A stretch of DNA of 64,000 nucleotides from an uncultured Gemmatimonadales bacterium. Its GTDB lineage: Bacteria > Gemmatimonadota > Gemmatimonadetes > Longimicrobiales > RSA9. The stretch lies in assembly GCA_963798845.1 (NCBI GenBank), contig CAWCUS010000004.1, positions 160,001 through 224,000 of the forward strand, written 5' to 3'. Positions 21,552-31,307 of the stretch are shown in pieces; the first letter of the stretch is position 1, and each line of letters begins with the position of its first letter. The notes beneath the pieces are model-generated. The model was not told where the DNA came from, searched no databases, and saw nothing but the letters and a program-made list of their open reading frames with translations. The position numbers were made by a program, and so were the translations under genes.

Positions 21552-22437
21552 CCTGCGCCACCGCTTCCGGAGCGTACCGGCGCGCCACCCTCCCGGCAAA
21601 CTCGCCGAACGCGGCGATCTCCCGGGGTGGGCTCGTGTGGTGCGGCCGGACCCCCAGGCTCGGGGGCGTGAAGCACAGCGTCGCGCACACCTCGAACGGC
21701 TCGAGCGCCGCCATGACCGTGTCGAACCAGCCCCAGCCTCCCTCCATGTGGCTCTCCGCCCAGCTCAGTCCCGTGCGCACCCGGCGCACGCCCAGCCGCT
21801 CGAACCACTTCACGGCCAGCGCCAGCGACCGCTCGTCCCGGTACTGGAACCACTGGCAGATGCCCAGCCACGGGTCGTACTCCGACAGCGCCGGCTTCGG
21901 CGTCCCGTCGTGCTCCAGCAGCCCGAAGTGGAAGTGGCGGAAGTAGCCGCTCCCCTCCGCCTGCTTGTGCCGCGTCGTCGCCTCCACGGCCGGCTCCAGG
22001 TCCAGCAGCGTGTACCAGTACACTTCCTCCCCGGCCAGGACCTCCTTCATGCGGCGCATGCCCCACGCCGCCTTCGCCCCCGTCGCGAACGACGATACGC
22101 CGGTCTCCGTCACCCACACCGGCAGGCCGAACTCCTCGCGCACCCGACCAATCTGCTCCGGCCAGGCCTCGATCGGCCACAGGTTCCAGTCCAGCGGGAA
22201 GCCGTGCACTGCGAGCACGTCCACTCCTTCCAGCGCGCCACGCTCCCGGAGCCGACGCAGGAAGCGCGGATCGATCGGCGACATGCCGCCCAGCACGATC
22301 GGAAGCTCCGTGTGCTCCCGCACCCCCGCCACACCGTGCTTCAGCATCTCCGCGAACTGCGCCCACCCCTCGTCCACCTCGGTGTCCCAGTGGGATACGT
22401 TGTTCGGCTCGTTCCATATCTTGATCGACTTCAGCAT
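21541..22437 (-). CDS. Clan GH-A glycoside hydrolase (beta-xylosidase-like), circularly permuted
   Basis: IWNEPNN at the extreme N-terminus, AVHGFP, VWVTETG, YWYTL, followed by VRRVRTGLSWAE. Confidence 0.82.
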   Translation of the reverse strand: MLKSIKIWNEPNNVSHWDTEVDEGWAQFAEMLKHGVAGVREHTELPIVLGGMSPIDPRFLRRLRERGALEGVDVLAVHGFPLDWNLWPIEAWPEQIGRVREEFGLPVWVTETGVSSFATGAKAAWGMRRMKEVLAGEEVYWYTLLDLEPAVEATTRHKQAEGSGYFRHFHFGLLEHDGTPKPALSEYDPWLGICQWFQYRDERSLALAVKWFERLGVRRVRTGLSWAESHMEGGWGWFDTVMAALEPFEVCATLCFTPPSLGVRPHHTSPPREIAAFGEFAGRVARRYAPEAVAQVIP

Positions 22438-22535
22438 GCGCGCTCCCGCTTCCCGATGCTGCGACGGACCGACGCGCGCGTCGGTCCGGATCAGGCTCCG
22501 AAGGGCGCAAGGATTGTTCCCCGGACAGGCTCCCC

Positions 22536-23147
22536 ATGACGGGTCTGCTCCTCGTCCGTCACGCTTCGGTCGACGGTCTCGGGCGCGTCCTCGCCGGCCG
22601 CACGCCCGGCATCCACCTCCATGACCGGGGGCGTGCCGAAGCCGATGCCCTCGCTCGCTCCCTCGCCGACGTACCCATCCGGGCCGTCCACGCCGGGCCC
22701 CTCGACCGTGCCCGCGAGACCGCCGCGCCCCTGGCCGCGATTCACGGTCTCGACCCGACCATCGACCCCGCCTTCGACGAGGTGGATTTTGGCGTGTGGA
22801 CCGGCGTCGCGTTCCAGGAGCTGGACGCCCGCGAGGACTGGCGTCGCTGGAACGAGCAGCGCGCCACTGCCCGACCGCCCGGCGGGGAGTCCATGGCCGA
22901 CGTGCTGGACCGCGCCCTCTCCGGCGTGCGCGCACTTCGGGCCGCTCACGGGGAGGGCCGGGTGGTTGTGGTGAGCCATGGCGACGTCATCCGCCCCCTC
23001 ATCGCCCATTTCCTCGGGCTCCACCTCGACCACCTCCTCCGCTTCGAGGTGGCTCCGGCCTCCATCAGCGCCGTTTCCCTGGAGGACGCCGGTGCCCGCG
23101 TCCTCGCGGTAAACCGCACGATCGGGCCGCCCTGGGCGGCTCCCTGA
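22536..23147 (+). CDS. Histidine phosphatase family protein
   Basis: LLVRHA, PLDRARETA, EVDFGVW, PGGES, VSHGDVIR. Confidence 0.88.
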   Translation: MTGLLLVRHASVDGLGRVLAGRTPGIHLHDRGRAEADALARSLADVPIRAVHAGPLDRARETAAPLAAIHGLDPTIDPAFDEVDFGVWTGVAFQELDAREDWRRWNEQRATARPPGGESMADVLDRALSGVRALRAAHGEGRVVVVSHGDVIRPLIAHFLGLHLDHLLRFEVAPASISAVSLEDAGARVLAVNRTIGPPWAAP

Positions 23148-23241
23148 CCGCGGATCCGCGATCCCGTTGAGCGCAGTGGGAGGGATCGGGGCGCCGCGCC
23201 ATGTGCGGATGGGTGGCGTTCGCGTTGGCGGACCGAGATTC

Positions 23242-23270
23242 TGGACCATCTCATCGTAATTCGGTACCTT
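23242..23270 (+). promoter_or_regulatory. Putative sigma70 promoter of the kinase array (leaderless)
   Basis: TGGACC-17 nt-TACCTT, then 7 nt to ATG 23278; no SD sequence. Confidence 0.5.
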
Positions 23271-23277
23271 GGGACCC

Positions 23278-25950
23278 ATGCCCCCCCCACCCGCGCGCCT
23301 CCTCGCGGCCCTTTCCGATCGCTACCGGATCGGAGACGAGCTCGGCGAAGGCGGCATGGCCACGGTCTACCTGGCCGAGGACCTCCGCCACCACCGCCAG
23401 GTGGCCATCAAGGTGCTGAAGCCCGAGCTGGCCGCCGTCCTGGGCGCCGACCGCTTCGTCCAGGAGATCACCACCACCGCCCAGCTCCAGCACCCCCACA
23501 TCCTCCCGCTCTTCGACTCCGGCACCGCCGACGGCTTCCTGTATTACGTGATGCCGTACATCGAAGGCGAGACCCTTCGGGACAGGCTGAACCGCGAGAC
23601 GCAGCTCGGCGTGGGCGAGGCGGTCCGGATCACGCGCGAGGTGGCCGACGCGCTGGACTACGCGCACCGGCATGGCGTGGTCCACCGGGACATCAAGCCG
23701 GAGAACATCCTGCTGCACGATGGCCGGCCCATGGTCGCCGACTTCGGGATCGCGCTCGCGGTCTCCGCGGCGGCGGGGGGGCGGATGACCGAGACGGGCC
23801 TCAGCCTCGGGACACCGCATTACATGAGTCCGGAGCAGGCGACGGCGGAGAAGGACCTCACCGGGCGCAGCGACGTCTACTCGCTCGCGAGCGTGCTGTA
23901 CGAGATGCTCACGGGCGACCCGCCGCACACGGGCTCCTCCGCCCAGCAGATCATCATGAAGATCGTGACGGAGGAGGCTGCGCCGGTCACGAAGCTGCGG
24001 AAGTCGGTGCCGCCCAACGTGGCGGCCGCGGTGGCGAAGGCGCTGGAGAAGCTGCCGGCCGACCGCTTCGAGACCGCCGCCGAGTTCTCCGACGCCCTGG
24101 CGGACCCGCATTTCTCGGCCCCGCCGGTACCGGCCGGCCGCCCCCCGGCCGGCGCAGTCGGTGCCCGCGCGGTGGCGCGCCACCCGCTCGTCCTGGGTCT
24201 CGCGGCGGTTCTCATCGCGACCGCGGGCTTCGCGGGGTCGCAGTGGCGTGTCGCGCACCGCGAGGCGCAGAGCCCCGTCGTGCGGTTCCAGCTCGGCCTG
24301 CCCTCGTCGATGCTCGTCACGAATGCGGCAGTCGCGACGAACGTCGCCGTTTCCGAGGACGGAAGGACCATCGCCTACGCGCTCCCGGACTCGACTGGCG
24401 CATCACGGCTGTTCGTCCGGCCTCTCAGTCGCGGCGGGGCGGGGGTGATCGCCGGCACGGATGGGGCGCAGCAGCCCTGCTTCTCGCCCGACGGCCAGTG
24501 GATCGCCTATCTCGTCGGAACCACCGTCTGGAAGGTCCAGGCTGCCGGTGGCACGCCGGTCCGCGTCGGGGATACCGGTACGGCGGCCACCGGGCTCACG
24601 TGGAGCCGCTCCGGCGAGATCGTCGTGGGGACCACCCCGGGTCTCTTCGTGCTTCCGCAGGGTGGCGGCGCGGCGCGGCTTCTCGTCGGGCCCGATTCCG
24701 CAGCGGGAGAGCTGTACTTCGGTCAGCCTCGCGCGCTGCCGGACGGCAACACCGTGCTCTTCTCGATTCAGCCCGCCAGCGGGGTGGCCCAGACTCGCCT
24801 CGCCGCCGTGCCGCTGTCCACCGGGAAGGTGCGGCGATTCGACGTCGGAGTGCTGGATGCGCTCGGGTACTTGGACGGCACGCTGGTCTACGTCCTCCCT
24901 TCGGGCGCGCTCATGGGCGTCCCCTTCGATCTCGCGAGTGGTCGCGCGACAGGAGCGCCCGTGGGGCTCGGCCCCATCGTCACCACGACAGTGGCCGGGA
25001 CCAGCATGGCGGCCCTGTCGCCCACCGGGACGCTGGTCTACGAGCCGGCCACGAGCCAGGCCACGCTCGGCTGGGTGGACGTGCACGGTCAGTTCACGCC
25101 GCTGCTGTCCAGGCTGCAGGCGTACGCCTATCCCCGGCTCTCCCCGGATGGCAAGCGGATCGCGATGGCCATCGGGGGGGACGGGCGCTCCGACATCTGG
25201 CTTTACGACATCGCGTCCCGCACGCCGACGCGGATCTCGAATTCCGGTACCCAGAACGACCGCCCGGAGTGGTCGCCCCATGGGCGCCGCGTGCTGTATC
25301 GCTCGGATCGCAGCGGCCGGCCCGCCATCTGGTGGCAGCCGGCGGACCAGAGCGCCCCCGCGGCGCCGCTGGAGTCGGACGGCCAGCACAGCTTCTACGA
25401 GGGTGTTCTCACGCCCGACGGCGGGTCGCTCGTCTACCAGATCGACGATGCGGGGGCGGACCAGGCGGACATCATGTACCGGGCGCTCGACGGCGACACG
25501 GCGCCGCGTCCCGTAGCGGCCACCCGCTTCGTGGAAGCGCAGGCGCGCGTTTCGCCCGACGGTCACTGGGTGGCCTTCGTCACCGATGCCTCCGGGACCT
25601 CGCAGGTCGTGGTGCAGCCGTTCCCCGGACCGGGAGGCCAGGTGCAGGTTTCCGTCTCGGGCGGCGCGGAGCCGGTGTGGAGCCACGATGGAAAGCGCCT
25701 CTTCTACCGCGACGGTCACCATGTGGTCGCCGCATCCGTGAGCACGGCGGCCGGGTTCGCCGTCACCGGTCGCACCGACCTCTTCGCCGACACCTACGTC
25801 TTCGCCTCCGCGCCGCACGCCAACTACGACGTGTCGGCGGACGGGACGCGCCTGCTGATGGTGAAGAGCGCGCAGAAGCCGGAGTACGTGGTCGTCTACG
25901 GCTGGCGCAGCGAGCTGGCCGCGCGGATGCGCGGCGCCGGAGGATCATGA
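23278..25950 (+). CDS. Hanks-type Ser/Thr kinase - TM - TolB/PD40 beta-propeller protein (copy 1)
   Basis: LGEGGMATVY, VAIKVL, HRDIKPEN, DFGIA, GTPHYMSPE; TM LVLGLAAVLIATAGF; repeated SPDG motifs. Confidence 0.93.
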   Translation: MPPPPARLLAALSDRYRIGDELGEGGMATVYLAEDLRHHRQVAIKVLKPELAAVLGADRFVQEITTTAQLQHPHILPLFDSGTADGFLYYVMPYIEGETLRDRLNRETQLGVGEAVRITREVADALDYAHRHGVVHRDIKPENILLHDGRPMVADFGIALAVSAAAGGRMTETGLSLGTPHYMSPEQATAEKDLTGRSDVYSLASVLYEMLTGDPPHTGSSAQQIIMKIVTEEAAPVTKLRKSVPPNVAAAVAKALEKLPADRFETAAEFSDALADPHFSAPPVPAGRPPAGAVGARAVARHPLVLGLAAVLIATAGFAGSQWRVAHREAQSPVVRFQLGLPSSMLVTNAAVATNVAVSEDGRTIAYALPDSTGASRLFVRPLSRGGAGVIAGTDGAQQPCFSPDGQWIAYLVGTTVWKVQAAGGTPVRVGDTGTAATGLTWSRSGEIVVGTTPGLFVLPQGGGAARLLVGPDSAAGELYFGQPRALPDGNTVLFSIQPASGVAQTRLAAVPLSTGKVRRFDVGVLDALGYLDGTLVYVLPSGALMGVPFDLASGRATGAPVGLGPIVTTTVAGTSMAALSPTGTLVYEPATSQATLGWVDVHGQFTPLLSRLQAYAYPRLSPDGKRIAMAIGGDGRSDIWLYDIASRTPTRISNSGTQNDRPEWSPHGRRVLYRSDRSGRPAIWWQPADQSAPAAPLESDGQHSFYEGVLTPDGGSLVYQIDDAGADQADIMYRALDGDTAPRPVAATRFVEAQARVSPDGHWVAFVTDASGTSQVVVQPFPGPGGQVQVSVSGGAEPVWSHDGKRLFYRDGHHVVAASVSTAAGFAVTGRTDLFADTYVFASAPHANYDVSADGTRLLMVKSAQKPEYVVVYGWRSELAARMRGAGGS

Positions 25951-25970
25951 GCCAGTGCGGATGAGCGTCC

Positions 25971-28620
25971 ATGGATAGTGTGGCGGATCGACTCGGCCGC
26001 GCGCTGGCCGGCCGCTACCGCCTGGAGCGCGAGCTGGGCGAGGGTGGCATGGCCACGGTGTTCCTCGCCCGCGATCTCAAGCACGAGCGCGACGTCGCCA
26101 TCAAGGTCCTCAAGCCCGAGCTGGCCGCCGTCCTCGGCGCCGACCGCTTCGTCACCGAGATCAAGACGACGGCGGCGCTCCAGCATCCCCACATCCTCCC
26201 CCTCTTCGACTCCGGCACAGCCGACGGCTTCCTCTTCTACGTCATGCCATACATGGAAGGGCGAGACACTGCGGGACAGGCTGAACCGGGAGACGCAACT
26301 CGGCGTCGAGGAGGCGGTGCGCATCACGCGCGAGGTGGCCGACGCCCTCGACTACGCCCACCGCCACGGCGTGATCCACCGCGACATCAAGCCCGAGAAC
26401 ATCCTGCTGCACGACGGCCGGCCAATGGTGGCGGACTTCGGCATCGCGCTGGCGGTGAGCGCGGCGGCGGGCGGGCGCATGACGGAGACGGGGCTGAGCC
26501 TCGGCACGCCCCACTACATGAGCCCCGAGCAGGCGACGGCGGAGAAGGACCTGACCGGGCGATCCGACGTCTATTCGCTGGCGAGCGTTCTCTACGAGAT
26601 GCTCACCGGCGACCCGCCGCACACGGGCAGCTCGGCGCAGCAGATCATCATGAAGATCGTGACGGAGGAGGCCGCGCCGGTCACGAAGCTGCGGCGGTCG
26701 GTGCCGCCCAACGTGGCGGCCGCCGTGGCGAAGGCGCTGGAGAAGCTGCCGGCGGACCGGTTCGAGAGCGCGAAGGCGTTCGCCGACGCGCTGGCCGATC
26801 CCGCCTTCCGACTGACCGACGCCGCCACCGCGGGCCCCGTGCTCGCCTCTCGGAAGCCCTGGGCCGTCGCCGCGGCGTCCCTGATCGTCGCGGCGCTCTC
26901 GCTGGCCGTCGCGGGCTGGGTCCTGATGCGGCGCCCGACCGGAGTCCGGGACATCGGAACCCCGCCGACGAGCGCGGTCAACGTCACCACCGAGGATCGG
27001 GCTTTCTCGGTGGCGCCCGACGGGTCGTTCGTGGTCTATACCGCGCAGAAGGGGGCTACCACCGAGCTGTGGTACCAGAGCCTGAGGACGGGAGAGGGTC
27101 ACCCCATTCCGGGCACGGTCGGGACATTCACCGCGCCGTGGATCTCGCCCGACGGCAAGCGCGTGGCGGTGGGCGTCCCCGCCGGCAGCGGCTATCAGCT
27201 GAAGTCGGTGGGGATCGACGGGGGGACCGTGTCCCCCGTCGCTTCCATCACGCTTCCATTCGGCGGAACCTGGACGGATGACGGGAGGATCTTCTTCAGC
27301 GATGACAACGGACGTCTGCTCCGCTGGCTGGACCCGCTGGGCGGCGACGCGCGTGAGATCACGGTTGGAGGATACTGCCTGAATCCCGTGCTCATCGGAA
27401 CCGGCGACCAGGTGATCTGCGGAGGCGGCGCCGACAAGTTCGCCTCCATCCGCAACCTGGCGGATCCGGGCCGCATTCGGTACTGGCATCACGCGGCCGA
27501 GGGGCGCGGCGGGAAGGCCGCGCTGCTGCGCGGCGCGGACTTCCGCGTGGTCGATGGCCGGTACCTGGTCTACATGGGCGTCGACGGAACCATCATGGCC
27601 ACGCGCATCCGGAGCGTCGACTCGCTCACGGTCGGCCGATCCGTCTCTCTCGTAGCCGGCGTACGCAATGGAGACTACAGCGGCACCGGCCAGTTCGACC
27701 TGACCCGTGACGGCACCCTCGTCTACCTGCCGGGAACCAACGCGGCCGTGGGCCGCCTCGTGAGCGTCGGCACGGATGGGCGCATCGAGCCGCTGCCGGT
27801 GGAGCAGGCCGCCCACCTGCGCTTCCGCGAGAGCCCCGATGGCCGGCGGTTGGCAACGGTGGTGGAAGGTCTCGAACAGCAGGAGCTGCGCGTCTACGAT
27901 CTGCAGGCGGGCACACACGAGACCGTGGCCGTCGGCTCGTTCATCGACGTTCCGGTGTTCAGCCCGAGTGGCGACCGTATCGCTTACTCGATCAGCGAGG
28001 AACCGGGTCGAGAATCCCTCGTCTCCCGGCTGCTCGATTCCTCGACGAAGCCTCGGGAACTCGCCACGATCGCGCCCCCTGCCACGTTCCGGCCGTCCAT
28101 GTATCTGGCCAATGATTCCCTGCTGGTTGGATTCCCGGGGGGCGAATCCGCAATGATCGTGGGTTCAGACGGTGGAGTCGACTCGCTCGGCCTTGCCACC
28201 GGTCAGTTCGTGTCCATCTCCCCGGGCGGTCACTGGATCGCGTACCAGGGGAATTCGTCGGGAGATCTGCGGGTCCAGCCGTGGCCGGCGCTCGATCGGC
28301 GCTATTTCGTGGATGCCCGGGGCATCGAGCCGCAGTGGGTATCGGCGACCGAGCTGGTCTATCTCGCGCAGACGATCGAGGGCGACTGGGAGTTCCACGA
28401 GGTGACGATCCATCCTGGCGCCGATCCACCGTTCGACGCGCCCGAGCTCCTCGCCCTGGCCCCGCAGTTCAGCCAGACGCCCGGCTGGTCGTGGGCCGTT
28501 GGCCATGACGGAGGCCTCATCTACCTGCAGTCTCCGGCCGAGCGGGCGGAGCACTATTTCCGGGTCATCCCGAACTGGGTCAGGCACATGGAGCGCGCCG
28601 TGGACCAGGCGAACCCATGA
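25971..28620 (+). pseudogene. Ser/Thr kinase - propeller protein (copy 2) with a 1-nt insertion at 26259-26261 (pseudogene or sequencing error)
   Basis: The 25971 frame matches the kinase up to YVMPYMEG; the 25978 frame continues GETLRDRL...; the sequence reads GAAGGGCGAG where copy 1 reads GAAGGCGAG. Confidence 0.8.
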
Positions 28621-31307
28621 GCGGCCTGCCGGAGCGCCTCGTCGCCGCCCTGTCCGACCGCTACCGCATCGAGCGCAAGCTCGGCGAAGGCGGCATGGCC
28701 ACGGTTTACCTGGCCGAGGACCTGAAGCACCACCGCCAGGTCGCGATCAAGGTGCTGAAGCCGGAGCTGGCAGCCGTCCTTGGCGCCGACCGCTTCGTCC
28801 AGGAGATCACCACCACGGCGCAGCTCCAGCACCCGCACATCCTGCCGCTCTTCGACTCCGGCACCGCCGACGGCTTCCTGTTCTACGTAATGCCCTATGT
28901 GGAGGGGGAGACGCTGCGGGACAGGCTGAACCGGGAGACGCAGCTCGGCGTGGACGAGGCGGTGCGGATCACTCGCGAGGTGGCCGACGCGCTGGACTAC
29001 GCGCACCGGCACGGCGTCGTCCACCGCGACATCAAGCCCGAGAACATCCTGCTGCACGACGGCCGCCCGATGGTGGCGGACTTCGGCATCGCGCTGGCAG
29101 TTTCGGCCGCGGCGGGCGGGCGCATGACGGAAACGGGGCTGAGCCTCGGCACGCCCCACTACATGAGCCCCGAGCAGGCGACGGCGGAGAAGGACCTCAC
29201 CGGGCGATCCGACGTCTACTCGCTGGCGAGCGTGCTCTACGAGATGCTCACCGGCGACCCGCCGCACACGGGCAGCTCGGCGCAGCAGATCATCATGAAG
29301 ATCGTGACGGAGGAGGCGGCGCCGGTCACGAAGGTGCGCAGATCCGTGCCGCCGAACGTGGCGGCGGCCGTGGCGAAGGCGCTCGAGAAGCTGCCGGCCG
29401 ACCGGTTCGAGAGCGCGAAGGCGTTCGCGGACGCGCTGGCGGATCCCGGATTCCGGCACGGAGGCGCGGCCGGCGTTGGGAAGGGCGGCGCACCGGCGAC
29501 GTGGAAGGAGCGTGCGGTGATCCCTCTGGCCGGCGCGGCAACCGTCCTGCTCGTGGCCGCGCTCTGGGGATGGCGCGGTCCGGGGCCGACGCCGGCTCCC
29601 GTCTCACGGGAGACCGTCGTCCTGGGCCCGACGCTTCCCGGCATGATCGCCGGGGGCACGGCCATCGCGCCCGATGGCTCGGCCATCGTGTACACGGACA
29701 CCGCCGGGGGCAGGAAGCTCTGGATCAAGGAGCGCGGACAGGTCGATCCGCGCCCCCTCGCCGAGCTGACGCACCAGGCCGGCGGGTTCGAGCCCGGGCC
29801 GTCGTTCTCGCCGGACGGACGATGGATCGTCTACACGGACCTCAGACTCCTGCGGGTGGCGCGCGGTGGGGGCGCGCCCGTCACGATGTCGGACTCCGCG
29901 GCGGGCTATGGCACGGCGTGGCTGGACGACGGCACCGTCGTCTTCGGCGGTCGCTCGGGCTTCCGGCTCTTCCGGACCTCGGCGGACGGTGGGCCGACGA
30001 CGCTCCTGACCGACTCGCTGGGCGGCGCCCTCATCTACCAGCACATTGCGCCGGTACCCGGATCCGACGCGGTGATGGCGGCGGTGGCCGGGGGAACGCG
30101 GGGCGCGAGCGAGGTCGTGGTCGACGTCGAGACGGGTGCGGTGCGCACGCTCGTCCAGGGAGCCACGGGAGCCTGGGTCGTGCCGGGCGGCGACCTCGTC
30201 TACGCCGGCACCGACGGAGGACTCTACGCCGCCGCCTTCGACCGGGACAGGCTCGAGCTGGCCGGCCCGTCGGTGTCGCTCCTGGCCGGCATCGGCGAGG
30301 TCGTCATCGGGCGGGACGGCACGATGCTGTACGTCCAGGGTGGGATCACGACCACGCCGGTCTCCGAGGTGGTCGCGGTGTCCCGCGACGGGTCGGACGG
30401 GGTCCCGCTCGACAGCGGCTGGCGTGCGCCGGTGGCGCCGCCGGGCGGCATGGCGCTCTCGCCCGACGGCTCCAGGGTCGCCCTCAGCGTTCGGGACAGC
30501 ACGACCGGCCGGGCGGACCTCTGGGTCCTGCCGGTGTCGAACGGTCCCGCGACGCGTCTCACCTCCCAGGGAGCGGGAACCAACATCCGTCCCGCATGGT
30601 CACCCGACGGCCGCAGCGTGCTGTACGCCTCGGCCCCGGGAGACGGCACGGCCCGCCTCTGGGTGCGCAGCGCGGACGGCGGCGGGCGGCCCGCGCCCGT
30701 GCCGATGGCGGAGAAGCGTGCCGTCTGGGAGGGGCTTTGGTCCCGCGACGGGCAGTGGATCGTCTACCGCACGAGCGACGGCGACGCGGGCAACGGGGAC
30801 ATCCTGGCCGTGCGCACGAGCGGCGACACCACGCCGGCGCCCCTGGTCGCCACCGATGCCCAGGAGTACGGCCCCGCGCTGTCGCCCGACGGCCGCTGGC
30901 TCGCTTTCACCTCCTCGTCCTCGGGGCGGATGGAGATCTATGTGTGCCCGTTCCCCGCCGCGCGGGACGGGCTCTATCCGATCTCCAGCGACGGCGGCAC
31001 GGAGGCCGAGTGGTCCCACGACGGGCGCCAGCTCTTCTACCGCAACGGCGTCGGGGAGATGATGGCCGTCGACGTCACCACCGGCTCCACGTTCTCCGCG
31101 GGCGCCCACCACCGGCTCTTCGACGCCCGCGGGTACGCGGCCAACTTCCAGAGCCACTTCTACGCGGTCATGCCCGGCGATCGCCGGTTCGTGATGGTCC
31201 GTCCGGTGGAGGGCTCGGCGACGGCCGCAGCGCCGGCCCGGCTCGTGCTCGTCCGCGATTGGTTGCCCGAGCTGCGGGCGATGCTGAAGAAGGCGGGGGG
31301 CTCGTGA
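28617..31307 (+). CDS. Ser/Thr kinase - TM - TolB/PD40 propeller protein (copy 3)
   Basis: All Hanks motifs present; SPDG repeats; ATGA overlap with copy 2. Confidence 0.93.
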   Translation: MSGLPERLVAALSDRYRIERKLGEGGMATVYLAEDLKHHRQVAIKVLKPELAAVLGADRFVQEITTTAQLQHPHILPLFDSGTADGFLFYVMPYVEGETLRDRLNRETQLGVDEAVRITREVADALDYAHRHGVVHRDIKPENILLHDGRPMVADFGIALAVSAAAGGRMTETGLSLGTPHYMSPEQATAEKDLTGRSDVYSLASVLYEMLTGDPPHTGSSAQQIIMKIVTEEAAPVTKVRRSVPPNVAAAVAKALEKLPADRFESAKAFADALADPGFRHGGAAGVGKGGAPATWKERAVIPLAGAATVLLVAALWGWRGPGPTPAPVSRETVVLGPTLPGMIAGGTAIAPDGSAIVYTDTAGGRKLWIKERGQVDPRPLAELTHQAGGFEPGPSFSPDGRWIVYTDLRLLRVARGGGAPVTMSDSAAGYGTAWLDDGTVVFGGRSGFRLFRTSADGGPTTLLTDSLGGALIYQHIAPVPGSDAVMAAVAGGTRGASEVVVDVETGAVRTLVQGATGAWVVPGGDLVYAGTDGGLYAAAFDRDRLELAGPSVSLLAGIGEVVIGRDGTMLYVQGGITTTPVSEVVAVSRDGSDGVPLDSGWRAPVAPPGGMALSPDGSRVALSVRDSTTGRADLWVLPVSNGPATRLTSQGAGTNIRPAWSPDGRSVLYASAPGDGTARLWVRSADGGGRPAPVPMAEKRAVWEGLWSRDGQWIVYRTSDGDAGNGDILAVRTSGDTTPAPLVATDAQEYGPALSPDGRWLAFTSSSSGRMEIYVCPFPAARDGLYPISSDGGTEAEWSHDGRQLFYRNGVGEMMAVDVTTGSTFSAGAHHRLFDARGYAANFQSHFYAVMPGDRRFVMVRPVEGSATAAAPARLVLVRDWLPELRAMLKKAGGS

